Assembly: GCA_963792415.1 (NCBI GenBank)
Contig: CAWBVY010000004.1
Coordinates: 128,001 to 192,000 of the forward strand
Direction: 5' to 3'
Origin: Candidatus Deferrimicrobiaceae bacterium
GTDB lineage: Bacteria > Desulfobacterota > Deferrimicrobia > Deferrimicrobiales > Deferrimicrobiaceae
DNA length: 64,000 nt
The position numbers were made by a program, and so were the translations under genes. The notes beneath the pieces are model-generated. The model ran no database searches. It worked only from the letters and a program-made list of their open reading frames with translations, and had not been told where the DNA came from. Of the stretch, positions 48,638-57,614 are shown in pieces. The number at the start of each line of letters is the position of its first letter. Positions within the stretch are counted from its first letter, which is position 1.

Positions 48638-50872
48638 TCAGTCGAGGAACTCCATCGCCACCGCGCGCACGAGGATCTTCTTCAGCCCGTAGACCGGGAA
48701 CCGCGCGATGATCTTCCGGTCCTCCCCTTCCCCCTGGACCGACTCGACCTTCCCCTCGCCGAAGACCGGATGCCGGACCTTGCGCGGACGCTCCGGCGCG
48801 GACTCCTCCTCGTACCGAGGCTCCCTGTGGACGGTCACGCGGTACCCCGAACCCGTTCCGCCGAAGGCGCCCCTTCCCGGTTGAGACGACTCCGGCAGCG
48901 CCCCGTCGGTCCGGCGGACGAGGGCCGCCGGAAGGTCGTAGAGGAAACGGGACGGCGCGGCGTCCCGGTACGAGCCGAACATGTTCCTCCGTCGGACGAG
49001 CGACAGGAAGACCCTCTCCCGGGCCCGGGTGATCCCCACGTAGAAGAGGCGCCGCTCCTCTTCGATTTCGTGCGGCGAATCGACCGACCGCGAGTGGGGC
49101 AGCAACCCGTCTTCCAGCCCGACGAGAAACACGACGTCGAACTCCAGCCCCTTGGCGTTGTGCAGCGTCATCAGGCGCACCGCTTCGGACTCTTCGCCGC
49201 CCGCTTCCTCGGCGGCCAGCGTCACCTTTTCGAGGAATTCCAGCACCCCTTCCTCGCCCGCCCCCGTAAACGCCTCCGCCAGCCGGAGCAGTTCGCGGAC
49301 GTGCTCCAGGTCCTCCTCTCTCCCGGCGCCTTCGCGCCCCTCCCCCGGTTCCCGCGCCGACGCCTCCAGGGCGTCGAGGTACCCCGCCCCCGAAAGCAGG
49401 GCGTGCAGCGCCTCCGCGGGGGACATCTGGGGAAGCTCCGCGAGCCACAGGGCGCGGAACGAGAAGAGGGGCGCCAGATTCGGGATCCGCGCGAGCGCGC
49501 CCGAAGGGGGGATTCCCTCGCGCCGCGCCGCGGCGCGCGCCTTTTCGAGCGTCACCTCCCCCACGCCGCGTCGGGGAAACTTGAGGAGACGCTTGAGCGA
49601 GACGGCGTCGTCGGGGTGGAGGAACCATTTCAGGTACGACACCGCGTCGCGCACCGCCGCCCGCTCGTAGAAGGAGAGCGCCCCCCGGAGGACGTACGGG
49701 ATCCGCAACATGCGCAGCGCGTCTTCGATCGCCCGCGACTGGGCGTTCACCCGGTAGAAGACGGCGATCTCCGTGGGAGCGATCCCGGAGCGGATCTCGC
49801 GCGCAACGGCGGCCGCGACCTCCTGCGCCTCGGCCTCCTGGTCGGCGTAGACCGACATCGCGGGCCGCTCCCCCCCTTCCCTCGCCGGGGTGATCTTCTT
49901 CTCCCGCCGGGAGCGGTTTTTCGCGATGAGGGCGCCCGCGACCGAGAGGATCGCGGCGCGGCTGCGGTAATTCGTCGACAGATGGATCACCTTCGCGCCC
50001 GGGTGTCTGCCCTCGAAGGAGAGCATCGGGGCCGCGGAGGCGCCGCGCCATCCGTAGATCGACTGGTCCTCGTCCCCCACGGCGCAGAACGAGTCGGCCC
50101 CCCGGGCGATGAGCTCCGTGAGCTCCGCCTGGGCGCCGTCGACGTCCTGGAACTCGTCGACGAGCAGATGACGAACTTCGGAACGGACCGCGGCGAGCAC
50201 GTCCGGCGCGCCTCGAAGCAGCGTCACGGGGAGCCGGATGAGGTCGGTGAAGTCGACCGCCCCCGCTTCCGCGAGGGCCTCGTCGTACGCCTTCCCCACC
50301 TGCCCGGCCGTCGTGATGACGCGCCAGCCCGCGGAAAGCGCCGCCTGCTCGACGGAGACCCCGTCCCGCTTCGCCCGCTCGATGAGCCACCCGAACTTCG
50401 CCGGGGGAAACTTCTTCTCGTCGACGTTCAGATCCTTCAGGATCCGCTTCAACGCGTCGTGCTGATCCCGGGTGTCGTAGATGACGAAGCGCGGGGAGAG
50501 GCCGATGCGATTTCCGTGGCGCCGCAGGAGGGTCGCGCCGAAGGCGTGGAAGGTTCCCAGCCAGGGGACGTCCGTCCTGCCCGAACCTCCGCGGAACGAC
50601 CGGGCCGCCACGTCCCCAGCGGACGGTCCCCCGCCGGGGGCGAGCGCCTTCGCCACCCGCTCCCGCATCTCCCCCGCCGCCCGGTTCGTGAAGGTGATCC
50701 CGAGGATGCTCCTCGCGGGCACGCCGTCGCGAAGCAGCCGGACGATGCGGGCCACGATCGCCCGCGTCTTGCCCGATCCGGCCCCCGCCACCAGGAGAAG
50801 CGGCCCCCCGTCGTGCAGGACCGCGCGACGCTGGTCGGGATCGAGCGTGGTGAAGATCGGGTCGGAAAGCAT
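48638..50872 (-). CDS. UvrD/PcrA SF1 DNA helicase
   Basis: AGAGSGKT, DEFQD, VGDEDQSIYGWRGA, TLHNAKGLEF, EERRLFYVGITRA, C-terminal HPVFGEG. Confidence 0.96.
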   Translation of the reverse strand: MLSDPIFTTLDPDQRRAVLHDGGPLLLVAGAGSGKTRAIVARIVRLLRDGVPARSILGITFTNRAAGEMRERVAKALAPGGGPSAGDVAARSFRGGSGRTDVPWLGTFHAFGATLLRRHGNRIGLSPRFVIYDTRDQHDALKRILKDLNVDEKKFPPAKFGWLIERAKRDGVSVEQAALSAGWRVITTAGQVGKAYDEALAEAGAVDFTDLIRLPVTLLRGAPDVLAAVRSEVRHLLVDEFQDVDGAQAELTELIARGADSFCAVGDEDQSIYGWRGASAAPMLSFEGRHPGAKVIHLSTNYRSRAAILSVAGALIAKNRSRREKKITPAREGGERPAMSVYADQEAEAQEVAAAVAREIRSGIAPTEIAVFYRVNAQSRAIEDALRMLRIPYVLRGALSFYERAAVRDAVSYLKWFLHPDDAVSLKRLLKFPRRGVGEVTLEKARAAARREGIPPSGALARIPNLAPLFSFRALWLAELPQMSPAEALHALLSGAGYLDALEASAREPGEGREGAGREEDLEHVRELLRLAEAFTGAGEEGVLEFLEKVTLAAEEAGGEESEAVRLMTLHNAKGLEFDVVFLVGLEDGLLPHSRSVDSPHEIEEERRLFYVGITRARERVFLSLVRRRNMFGSYRDAAPSRFLYDLPAALVRRTDGALPESSQPGRGAFGGTGSGYRVTVHREPRYEEESAPERPRKVRHPVFGEGKVESVQGEGEDRKIIARFPVYGLKKILVRAVAMEFLD

Positions 50873-51057
50873 CACGGGAACGGATCGTCTCCTTTTCTTA
50901 CGGAACGGTGCAGGGTACCGCATCGAGGGACGGCGTGGAAGGCCGGTTCCGATCGCCGCCGGAAGCGATGCCCCCTTCCTTGCGGAACGCGGCGACCTGC
51001 ATGACACTATTATAAGGTGTTTCGCACCCGGACGACGGACCGACAGGGAGGCGGAGG

Positions 51058-52473
51058 ATGGGCAATCGACACGCGGATGCGTTCGTCTTCTTCGGGGCGA
51101 CCGGAGACCTCGCGTATAAAAAGATCTTCCCGGCGCTCCACCGCCTGACCCGCGGGGGACAGCTCGACGTCCCGGTGATCGGCGTCGCGAGGGGCGGGTG
51201 GAATCTCGAGCGGCTCAGGGAGCACGCACGGGAGGGCGTGGAGCGCCACGGGAGCGTCGACCGCGACGCCTTCGAAAAATTATCCCGCCTCATCCGCTAC
51301 GTCGGCGGCGACTACGACGATCCGGCCACCTACGTGGCGCTCCGGAAAGAATTGGGCGATGCGAAGCGGCCGGTCTTCTATCTCGCGATCCCTCCCGCGC
51401 TCTTCGGCCCCGTCGTGACGCGGCTCCACGACGCCCACTGCGACAAGGGCGCCAGGGTCGTCGTCGAGAAACCGTTCGGACGCGACCTCGTCTCGGCCCG
51501 GGAGTTGAGCCGGATCCTCCACGGCTCCTTCGACGAAAAGCGGATCTTCCGGATCGACCATTACCTCGGCAAGAACGCCGTGCAGAACCTGGTCTACTTC
51601 CGTTTCGCGAACGCCTTCCTCGAGCCGATATGGAACCGGAACTACGTCCGGTCGGTCCAGATCACGATGGCCGAGCGGTTCGGCGTGGAGGGACGCGGGG
51701 CGTTCTACGAGCAGGCCGGGGCGATCCGCGACGTGGTCCAGAACCACATGCTTCAGGTGCTCGCGAACGTGGCGATGGAGCCGCCGTCGGGAACCGAGGA
51801 CGTGGAGGCCGTCCGGGACGAGAAGGTGAAGGTCCTGAAAGCGATCCCGCCGCTCGTTCCCTCGGATGTGATCCGGGGGCAGTTCCGGGGGTATCGCATG
51901 GAACCGGGGGTCTCCCCCACCTCGACCGTGGAGACCTACGCGGCGTTGCGACTCGAGATCCGCTCGTGGCGATGGCAAGGGGTGCCCTTCTTCATCCGCG
52001 CGGGAAAGCTTCTCCCGCTGAACCGGGTGGAGGTGGTCGTGACGCTGCACCGTCCGCCCCCGATCTTCTCCGGGCCCCTGCCCCCCACCGTGGCGGCGAT
52101 TCCCGGGGCGAACTACATCCGGTTCCGCCTCGGACCGGACCTGACGATCGCCCTCGGCGCGATGGTCAAGCACCCGGGGGAGGAGTTCGCCGGCGACCGG
52201 GTGGAACTGCTGGCGAGCCACCAGCCCGATGCCGATGAGCCGGACGCCTACGAGCAGCTCCTCGGGGACGCCCTGCGCGGCGAGACGTTCCGGTTCGCGA
52301 GGGAAGATTATGTCGAGGAGGCGTGGAGGATCGTCGACCCGGTCCTGAAGGCGGAAACCCCCCTGTTCCCTTACGAACCCGGGACCTGGGGACCGCGCGA
52401 AGCCGAAGCGCTGGTCGCTCCGGAACGGTGGCACGACCCGGCCCCGGCCGCCGGGCCGCCGGAAACCCCTTGA
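51058..52473 (+). CDS. zwf: Glucose-6-phosphate dehydrogenase
   Basis: [27 protein letters not shown]. Confidence 0.97.
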   Translation: MGNRHADAFVFFGATGDLAYKKIFPALHRLTRGGQLDVPVIGVARGGWNLERLREHAREGVERHGSVDRDAFEKLSRLIRYVGGDYDDPATYVALRKELGDAKRPVFYLAIPPALFGPVVTRLHDAHCDKGARVVVEKPFGRDLVSARELSRILHGSFDEKRIFRIDHYLGKNAVQNLVYFRFANAFLEPIWNRNYVRSVQITMAERFGVEGRGAFYEQAGAIRDVVQNHMLQVLANVAMEPPSGTEDVEAVRDEKVKVLKAIPPLVPSDVIRGQFRGYRMEPGVSPTSTVETYAALRLEIRSWRWQGVPFFIRAGKLLPLNRVEVVVTLHRPPPIFSGPLPPTVAAIPGANYIRFRLGPDLTIALGAMVKHPGEEFAGDRVELLASHQPDADEPDAYEQLLGDALRGETFRFAREDYVEEAWRIVDPVLKAETPLFPYEPGTWGPREAEALVAPERWHDPAPAAGPPETP

Positions 52474-53159
52474 GAACCGAGATTCTTCCGGACCCCAAGG
52501 CCGTCGCCGCCCGGGCTGCGGAGCGGATCGCGCAGGTCGTGAGGGCAGCGGTGACGGAGCGGGGCCGGTGCGCGCTGGCGATCAGCGGCGGCACGACGCC
52601 GTGGCTTGCGTTCCGGGCTCTCGCCGGGGAAGACGTCCCCTGGGACCGCGTTCACCTGTTCCAGGTCGACGAACGGGTCGCATTATCCGGAGATCCGGAG
52701 CGCAACTACTTCCACCTGAAGGAAGCCCTGATCGATCGCATCCCCATCCCCGCCGCCAACGTCCATCCGATGCCGGTGGAAGAGGAGGATCTCGACGCGG
52801 GGGCGCGCCGCTACGAAGCGGATCTTCGCGGGATCGCGGGAACCCCGCCGGTTCTCGACCTCGTCCAGCTCGGGTTGGGGGAGGACGGCCACACGGCTTC
52901 CCTTTTCCCGGGAGATGCGGCGCTCCGGATCGTCGCCTCGGACGTAGGCGTCAGTGGATGGTACAAGGGGCGGAAGCGGATGACCCTCGCCTTTCCGGCG
53001 ATCGATCGGGCCCGGTGCATCCTGTGGCTGGTCACCGGCGCCGGGAAGACCGCGGCGCTCGCACGGCTGCTCGCCGGCGATCGATCGATCCCGGCGGGAC
53101 GCGTTCGAAGCGACCGCGCCGTCCTGCTCGCGGACACGGCAGCCGGGGGGGCCGGATGA
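52470..53159 (+). CDS. pgl: 6-phosphogluconolactonase
   Basis: [21 protein letters not shown]. Confidence 0.93.
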   Translation: MRTEILPDPKAVAARAAERIAQVVRAAVTERGRCALAISGGTTPWLAFRALAGEDVPWDRVHLFQVDERVALSGDPERNYFHLKEALIDRIPIPAANVHPMPVEEEDLDAGARRYEADLRGIAGTPPVLDLVQLGLGEDGHTASLFPGDAALRIVASDVGVSGWYKGRKRMTLAFPAIDRARCILWLVTGAGKTAALARLLAGDRSIPAGRVRSDRAVLLADTAAGGAG

Positions 53160-53182
53160 CCGGTACGGTGCCGCGCCTTCCT

Positions 53183-53201
53183 TCGGCCCCTACGGGGCCG
53201 A
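53183..53201 (-). promoter_or_regulatory. Putative SECIS element of arsS (spans the true TAG stop)
   Basis: TCGGCCCC-GTA-GGGGCCGA, 12 nt after the UGA. Confidence 0.75.
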
Positions 53202-54206
53202 TATCGCTCCGCCTCAAGTGAAGCCGGATCCCGCCGTGCAGGCGTAACAGTACTCCCCGATCGCGATCGCGGCGCCGGGCGGAGGAAGTTCGTGCACCTC
53301 CGAGACGTGGACCTTCCGGTCTCCGTGGGGCCGTCCGACGGCCAGGTTGAAATCGCAATCGTACAGGAACCCGTCCCAGGATACGGAGAGGAGCGTTCGG
53401 CACATGAGCCGTTCCACCGCGGAGGGGTTGAAGCCATCCGCGAGCGTTTTCAGATACCGTTCGTGATTTCCCGTCCGCTGCAGCCACGTCCGGAAACGCC
53501 CAAGCGGTACGTTCGCGAACGTGTACAGGCGGTTGAACGCGATCCCCCATTTCCGGAGGAGGTCGGCCCGGAATTTCCGCTCGGCGGTCTCCTGGGAAAC
53601 GGGAAGGAACGCCCCGACAGGGTTGGAGACGAGGTCCAGCTCCAGTCCGGTCCCCTCCATTCCATATCCCGCGGCGTTCAACCTCTTCAGCGCGGCGATC
53701 GCGGCTTCCGTCACCCCCGCGCCACGCTGGGCATCGCCTTGGGACGGATTCGTCGAGGGGAAGGAGGCGACCAGGACGACGCGGTGGGCGGCGCAGAGCG
53801 CGAGAAGAGACTCTCTCCCGGCGCCGTTCAATGCGGAAAGGTTCGTCCGAAGCATCAGGCGGGGCGCAAGCGGGGCGAGTCCTTCGACGAGAAAAGGAAG
53901 GTCGGGCACCAGTTCCGGCGCTCCGCCGGTGATATCGATCGCCTGGAACGGGAACCGCCGGGCGAACGAGACGACCGCCGCCATCGTCTCCCGGGACATG
54001 ACCTCTTCCCTGTCCGGACCGGCCTCGAGGTGGCAATGCCGGCACCGGAGATTGCACAGGTACCCCGTGCTCACCTGGAGGGTATGGACGCGGTCCCGCC
54101 CGAGGGAGACTCCATGACGCGCGAGGGCGTCGGCGAACGGCTCGACCTCGGACGCCTCCCGGACGCCGGTCCCGATCCCCGTCGACATTTCCCCGATCCT
54201 CGCCAC
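53190..54206 (-). CDS. arsS: ArsS-like radical SAM selenoprotein (Sec at TGA 53214-53216)
   Basis: CNLRCRHCH, DITGGAPEL, LMCRTLLSVSWDGFLYDCDFN, C-terminal CYACTAGSGFT-U-GGAISAP. Confidence 0.88.
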
Positions 54207-54238
54207 GATCCCTTCCTCCAATTCGATTCCTTCCCCGT

Positions 54239-54571
54239 CTACATGGAAAGCTTTTCGGCGATCTTCCGCATCTGCACCCCGTGCACGAGGGATGCGCCGC
54301 CGCGGATCGCCGCCGCCACGTGAACCGCCTCGGTCATCTCGGCCAGGTTCGACCCTTTCTCGAGAGACGCCCGGGTGTACGCGTCGATGCAGTAGGGACA
54401 CTGGACCGCGTGCGCCACCGCGAGGGCGATCAGCGCCTTCTCCCGCTCCGTGAGTTCCCCCTCCTTGAAGACTTCGTCGTAGTAGTCGAAGAACTTCTTC
54501 GCGAGTTCCGGAGCGTCCTTACCGATATCGCCGAACGCGGCGAGACCGGCGGGATCGTAATACGTCTCCAT
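54239..54571 (-). CDS. ArsS-associated peroxidase-like (AhpD/CMD) protein
   Basis: METYYDP, REKALIALAVAHAVQCPYCIDAY, IRGGASLVHGVQM. Confidence 0.92.
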   Translation of the reverse strand: METYYDPAGLAAFGDIGKDAPELAKKFFDYYDEVFKEGELTEREKALIALAVAHAVQCPYCIDAYTRASLEKGSNLAEMTEAVHVAAAIRGGASLVHGVQMRKIAEKLSM

Positions 54572-54647
54572 TCCAGACCTCCCGTTCCCCCAGGATGACC
54601 CAATTACGCCGCCGGGCCTCTGACATTATGCCATCCCCGCGGGGGGA

Positions 54648-55643
54648 TCAGCCCGCCGGACAGGCCGCCCCGATGCTTTCCCCTTTCTTTTCCCCGGCCG
54701 TGCACAGGATGTCCTCGAGGCGCTTCCTTCCGGCGGGAGACAACCCCAGTCCGTCGAGCTCCCGCCGAAGGGAGTCGCACGTCCCGTTTCCGGCAACGTA
54801 CCCATTGACGCGGGTGACGGCGGTGGAGGCGAGGAAATCGCGGAACGACGGGTACATCGCCTCGTACTCCTTCATCAGTTCCGACCGGCCCCGGAGCATA
54901 TACTTCTGGTGATACTCCTCGGCCAGGTAGAACCTGGTGGCCGGCCGGATCTCCGTGTAGATCCTTCCCTTCCTCCGGGAGGCCTCGCGGCTCCTGGTCT
55001 CGATCGCCACGGTTTTCTGTTCAACGCCATGGGTAAAGATCGCGGACATGTACTGCCGCCTCCACGGACGTTCCCGCGGGTCATGGCTTGCCCAGAAGAC
55101 GTCGAGCAATGTCCCGTAGGAGATCACGGACGGATCGAAGTCGACCTCGACCGTCTCGATATGGTCCCCGAGGTTCTGATACGTGGGGTTCTCCGTCGAC
55201 CCCCCCGTGTATCCGACGCGGGTGCGGAGAACGCCGGCGAGACTCCCGAACCGGGAGTCGGGACCCCAGAATCAGCCCAGGGCGAAGGTCGCCGTCTCCG
55301 TGACTTTGGGCGGGGATGCATCGATCGGCGGCGTTGCCGTCCCCCGATAGGTTCCCGCCCGTGTCAGCGCTTCCACCATCTTTGCCACCGTGATCTCCGC
55401 GGGGTAGAAGGTAACCGTGTTGATCTCCCTCGGGCCGCGGAAGCCTTTCTCGACTTTTTTCACGCCGTGCAGCCCCTCCAGGGCCGCTTTCCCCACGTCG
55501 TATCAGGCCACGTAGAACGTGACCGTGGAGGTTCCCTTCCCTTGGGATGGCGGGTCGTCGGCCCCCCATGATGCCGATAAGGAGAAAAGGACAAGGAGCA
55601 GGAAGAACGGCAGGATGCGTCGAAATTTCGCTGATGAATCCAT
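54648..55643 (-). CDS. msrA: Secreted two-Sec protein: mini-MsrA-like domain (Sec47) fused to Sec-MsrA (Sec124), 331 aa
   Basis: One continuous frame through TGA 55503-55505 and TGA 55272-55274; G-U-FWG, TRVGYTGG, FYLAEEYHQKY; signal peptide. Confidence 0.87.
55241..55259 (-). promoter_or_regulatory. Putative SECIS element (MsrA Sec)
   Basis: GACTCCCG-GTT-CGGGAGTC, 12 nt after the UGA. Confidence 0.8.
55469..55487 (-). promoter_or_regulatory. Putative SECIS element (N-terminal domain Sec)
   Basis: GCGGCCCT-GGA-GGGGCTGC (2 GU pairs), 15 nt after the UGA. Confidence 0.65.
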
Positions 55644-55687
55644 CGGCACTCCCTCCGCGGCACATGGCCGTTTTCTCATGCACATTT

Positions 55688-55713
55688 GTCGCGCCTCGGA
55701 CGGAATCCTTACA
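55688..55713 (-). promoter_or_regulatory. Putative ECF sigma promoter for the msrA-fusion operon
   Basis: TGTAAGG-N15-CGAC. Confidence 0.75.
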
Positions 55714-55743
55714 TTCCGTTCAAAGGGACCCGGACGCTTCCCG

Positions 55744-56394
55744 TCACCCGCCCGCGATTTTCCGGATCGCGGCCACGATCTCCGCCGGCTCCATGCGCAC
55801 GGTGTAGTCCGGGTCCGCCTCCCCCGCCCGGACGATGCCGTCCCTGTCCAGAACGTAGGTCGCCGGAACGGGAAGCTCCCACCGGCCCGCGCCGTTGTAC
55901 TTCTCAAGATTGACCCCGAACTTCTCCAGGTACAACGTCTTGACCTCCCCGGGCACGGCGTACCAGAGGCGATACTTCTTGAGCGTCTCGCTCGTCGCGT
56001 CGCTGAGGATGTCGATGGGGATCGCGTGCTTCTCCGCCATCGTCAGCGTGTTGTCGGGAAGTTCCGGGCTGATACCCACCAGGTCCGCGCCGAGCGACCG
56101 GATCGTCTGCAATTCCTTCGCCAGAGCTGCCAGCTCCAGGTTGCAGTACGGTCACCAGACCCCGCGGTAGAAGTTGAGTACCACCGGGCCCCGGGACAAC
56201 CGTTCCGAAAGCCTCACCGTCTCGCCCCGCTGGTTCGGCAGGGCGAAGTCCGGCGCGCGCTCCCCGATCCGCAGTCCGGCGGCTCCCGATTCCCTCGTGG
56301 AGTCGATCCCCCGGCGGAGGATCGCCACGACCTCCGGCGGCCGGTTCCGGGACGCGTCGAATTCCGCAAGCTCCTTCTTCAGCGACATCTCCAT
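55744..56394 (-). CDS. Peroxiredoxin-like (AhpC/TSA family) selenoprotein, UxxC (TGA 56152-56154)
   Basis: APDFALPN..FYRGVW-U-PYCNLEL..LPVPATYV..DYTVRMEP in one frame. Confidence 0.93.
56121..56139 (-). promoter_or_regulatory. Putative SECIS element (Prx-like)
   Basis: CTGGAGCT-GGC-AGCTCTGG, 12 nt after the UGA; possible lower stem CTGCAA/TTGCAG. Confidence 0.75.
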
Positions 56395-56408
56395 TTCCCC
56401 CTTCCGCT

Positions 56409-56858
56409 CTATTCCAGAGCCTTTCCGGACATGGCGTCGAGCGCCTTTTCCAGCGCCGCGATCGCGTCGTCCTTCCCCCGGATCCCGTGCCGCTCCTTGA
56501 GCCAGGCCGCGGAATTGTAGCTGAGCCAGACCTTGCCCCCTGCGTCCTCCCAGGCCAGCGCCTTGAGCGGCAGGTCGATGGCCACGGTGGGCGCGGCGAC
56601 CATCAGCGGCGTTCCCCCCTTCGGGTTCCCGAAGATCAGGAGCTGGCTCGGCCGCATCTTGAGCCCGACTTTCTCCGCTTCGGCCGCGTGGTCGATCCGG
56701 GCGAAAACGGTCATCCCCTTGGATTGGAGGACGGCGACCAGCCGATCCATCGTCTCGGGAGCGGAATATCGGGAGGACTTCGAGATCAACCCGTTTTCCC
56801 CCGCGAACGCATTGACGGCAACCATGGCCAGCAATACAGCGATCCATGCTTTTCTCAT
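56409..56858 (-). CDS. Secreted DUF302-domain protein
   Basis: FARIDHA, IFGNPKGGTPLM, IDLPLK. Confidence 0.93.
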   Translation of the reverse strand: MRKAWIAVLLAMVAVNAFAGENGLISKSSRYSAPETMDRLVAVLQSKGMTVFARIDHAAEAEKVGLKMRPSQLLIFGNPKGGTPLMVAAPTVAIDLPLKALAWEDAGGKVWLSYNSAAWLKERHGIRGKDDAIAALEKALDAMSGKALE

Positions 56859-56903
56859 CGTCCCCTCCTTGTCGTCGAATACCCAGGCTCCTCTATTCCC
56901 GTC

Positions 56904-57614
56904 TCATTCCAGACTCCCGTTGGAAGAGAGGGGTTTCACCTTCCGGCGGTTCTTCACGGCGTTGAGAATCGTGGGCAGGAGGGCGAACAGCCCCAGCAGG
57001 GCGAACGACCCCAGAACCCGCGGGCTTGCCACCTGGCGCACGGTTTCAATGGCCGCGAGGCTCGCCCCCGCGTTCACGAAGACCAGGCTCCCCGGCATGA
57101 TCCCGAACAGCGTCCCCAGGGCGTAGGTCCGAAGCGGCAATCCCGTGACACCGCACGCCAGGTTGACCAGGAAGAACGGGAACGCCGGGACCAGCCGCAG
57201 GAAGAGGAGGTAGGAGAGCCCGTTCTCCCGCAACCCCCGGTCGATCCCCTCCATCCGCCCGCCGAACTTCCTCACCACCCAGTCCCGCAGCAGCGTGCGG
57301 CTGACGAGGAAAGCGAGGATGGCCCCGACGGTGGCGCCCGACACCACGAACAGCGTCCCCTGGAGAACGCCGAAAATCGCTCCGGCGGCGAGAGACAGGA
57401 TGGCCGCCCCCGGGAGGGAGAACGCGGTCTGGACGATGTAGAGCAGAACGAAGACGGCGGCGAACAGAACGGCGTGCGCGGCGCGCAGATCCGAAAGGCG
57501 CGCCTTGTTCGCCTTCAGGCTTTCCAGCGTCAGGTACTTCCCAAGGTCGAGGAAGTAGAACGCGGCCACGACCCCCGCGAATACGAGGAGGATCAGGATC
57601 TTCCGGGTCTTCAT
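56904..57614 (-). CDS. TVP38/TMEM64 (DedA/VTT) membrane protein
   Basis: SLPGA, YLLFLRLVPAFPFFLVN, VFVNAG. Confidence 0.93.
   Translation of the reverse strand: MKTRKILILLVFAGVVAAFYFLDLGKYLTLESLKANKARLSDLRAAHAVLFAAVFVLLYIVQTAFSLPGAAILSLAAGAIFGVLQGTLFVVSGATVGAILAFLVSRTLLRDWVVRKFGGRMEGIDRGLRENGLSYLLFLRLVPAFPFFLVNLACGVTGLPLRTYALGTLFGIMPGSLVFVNAGASLAAIETVRQVASPRVLGSFALLGLFALLPTILNAVKNRRKVKPLSSNGSLE

Noticed and set aside
54648-54650. Terminal TGA of the MsrA fusion (after CPAG) as a third Sec
   Set aside because: Downstream frame shows no recognisable domain, and the short hairpin starts immediately after the codon rather than 12-16 nt away
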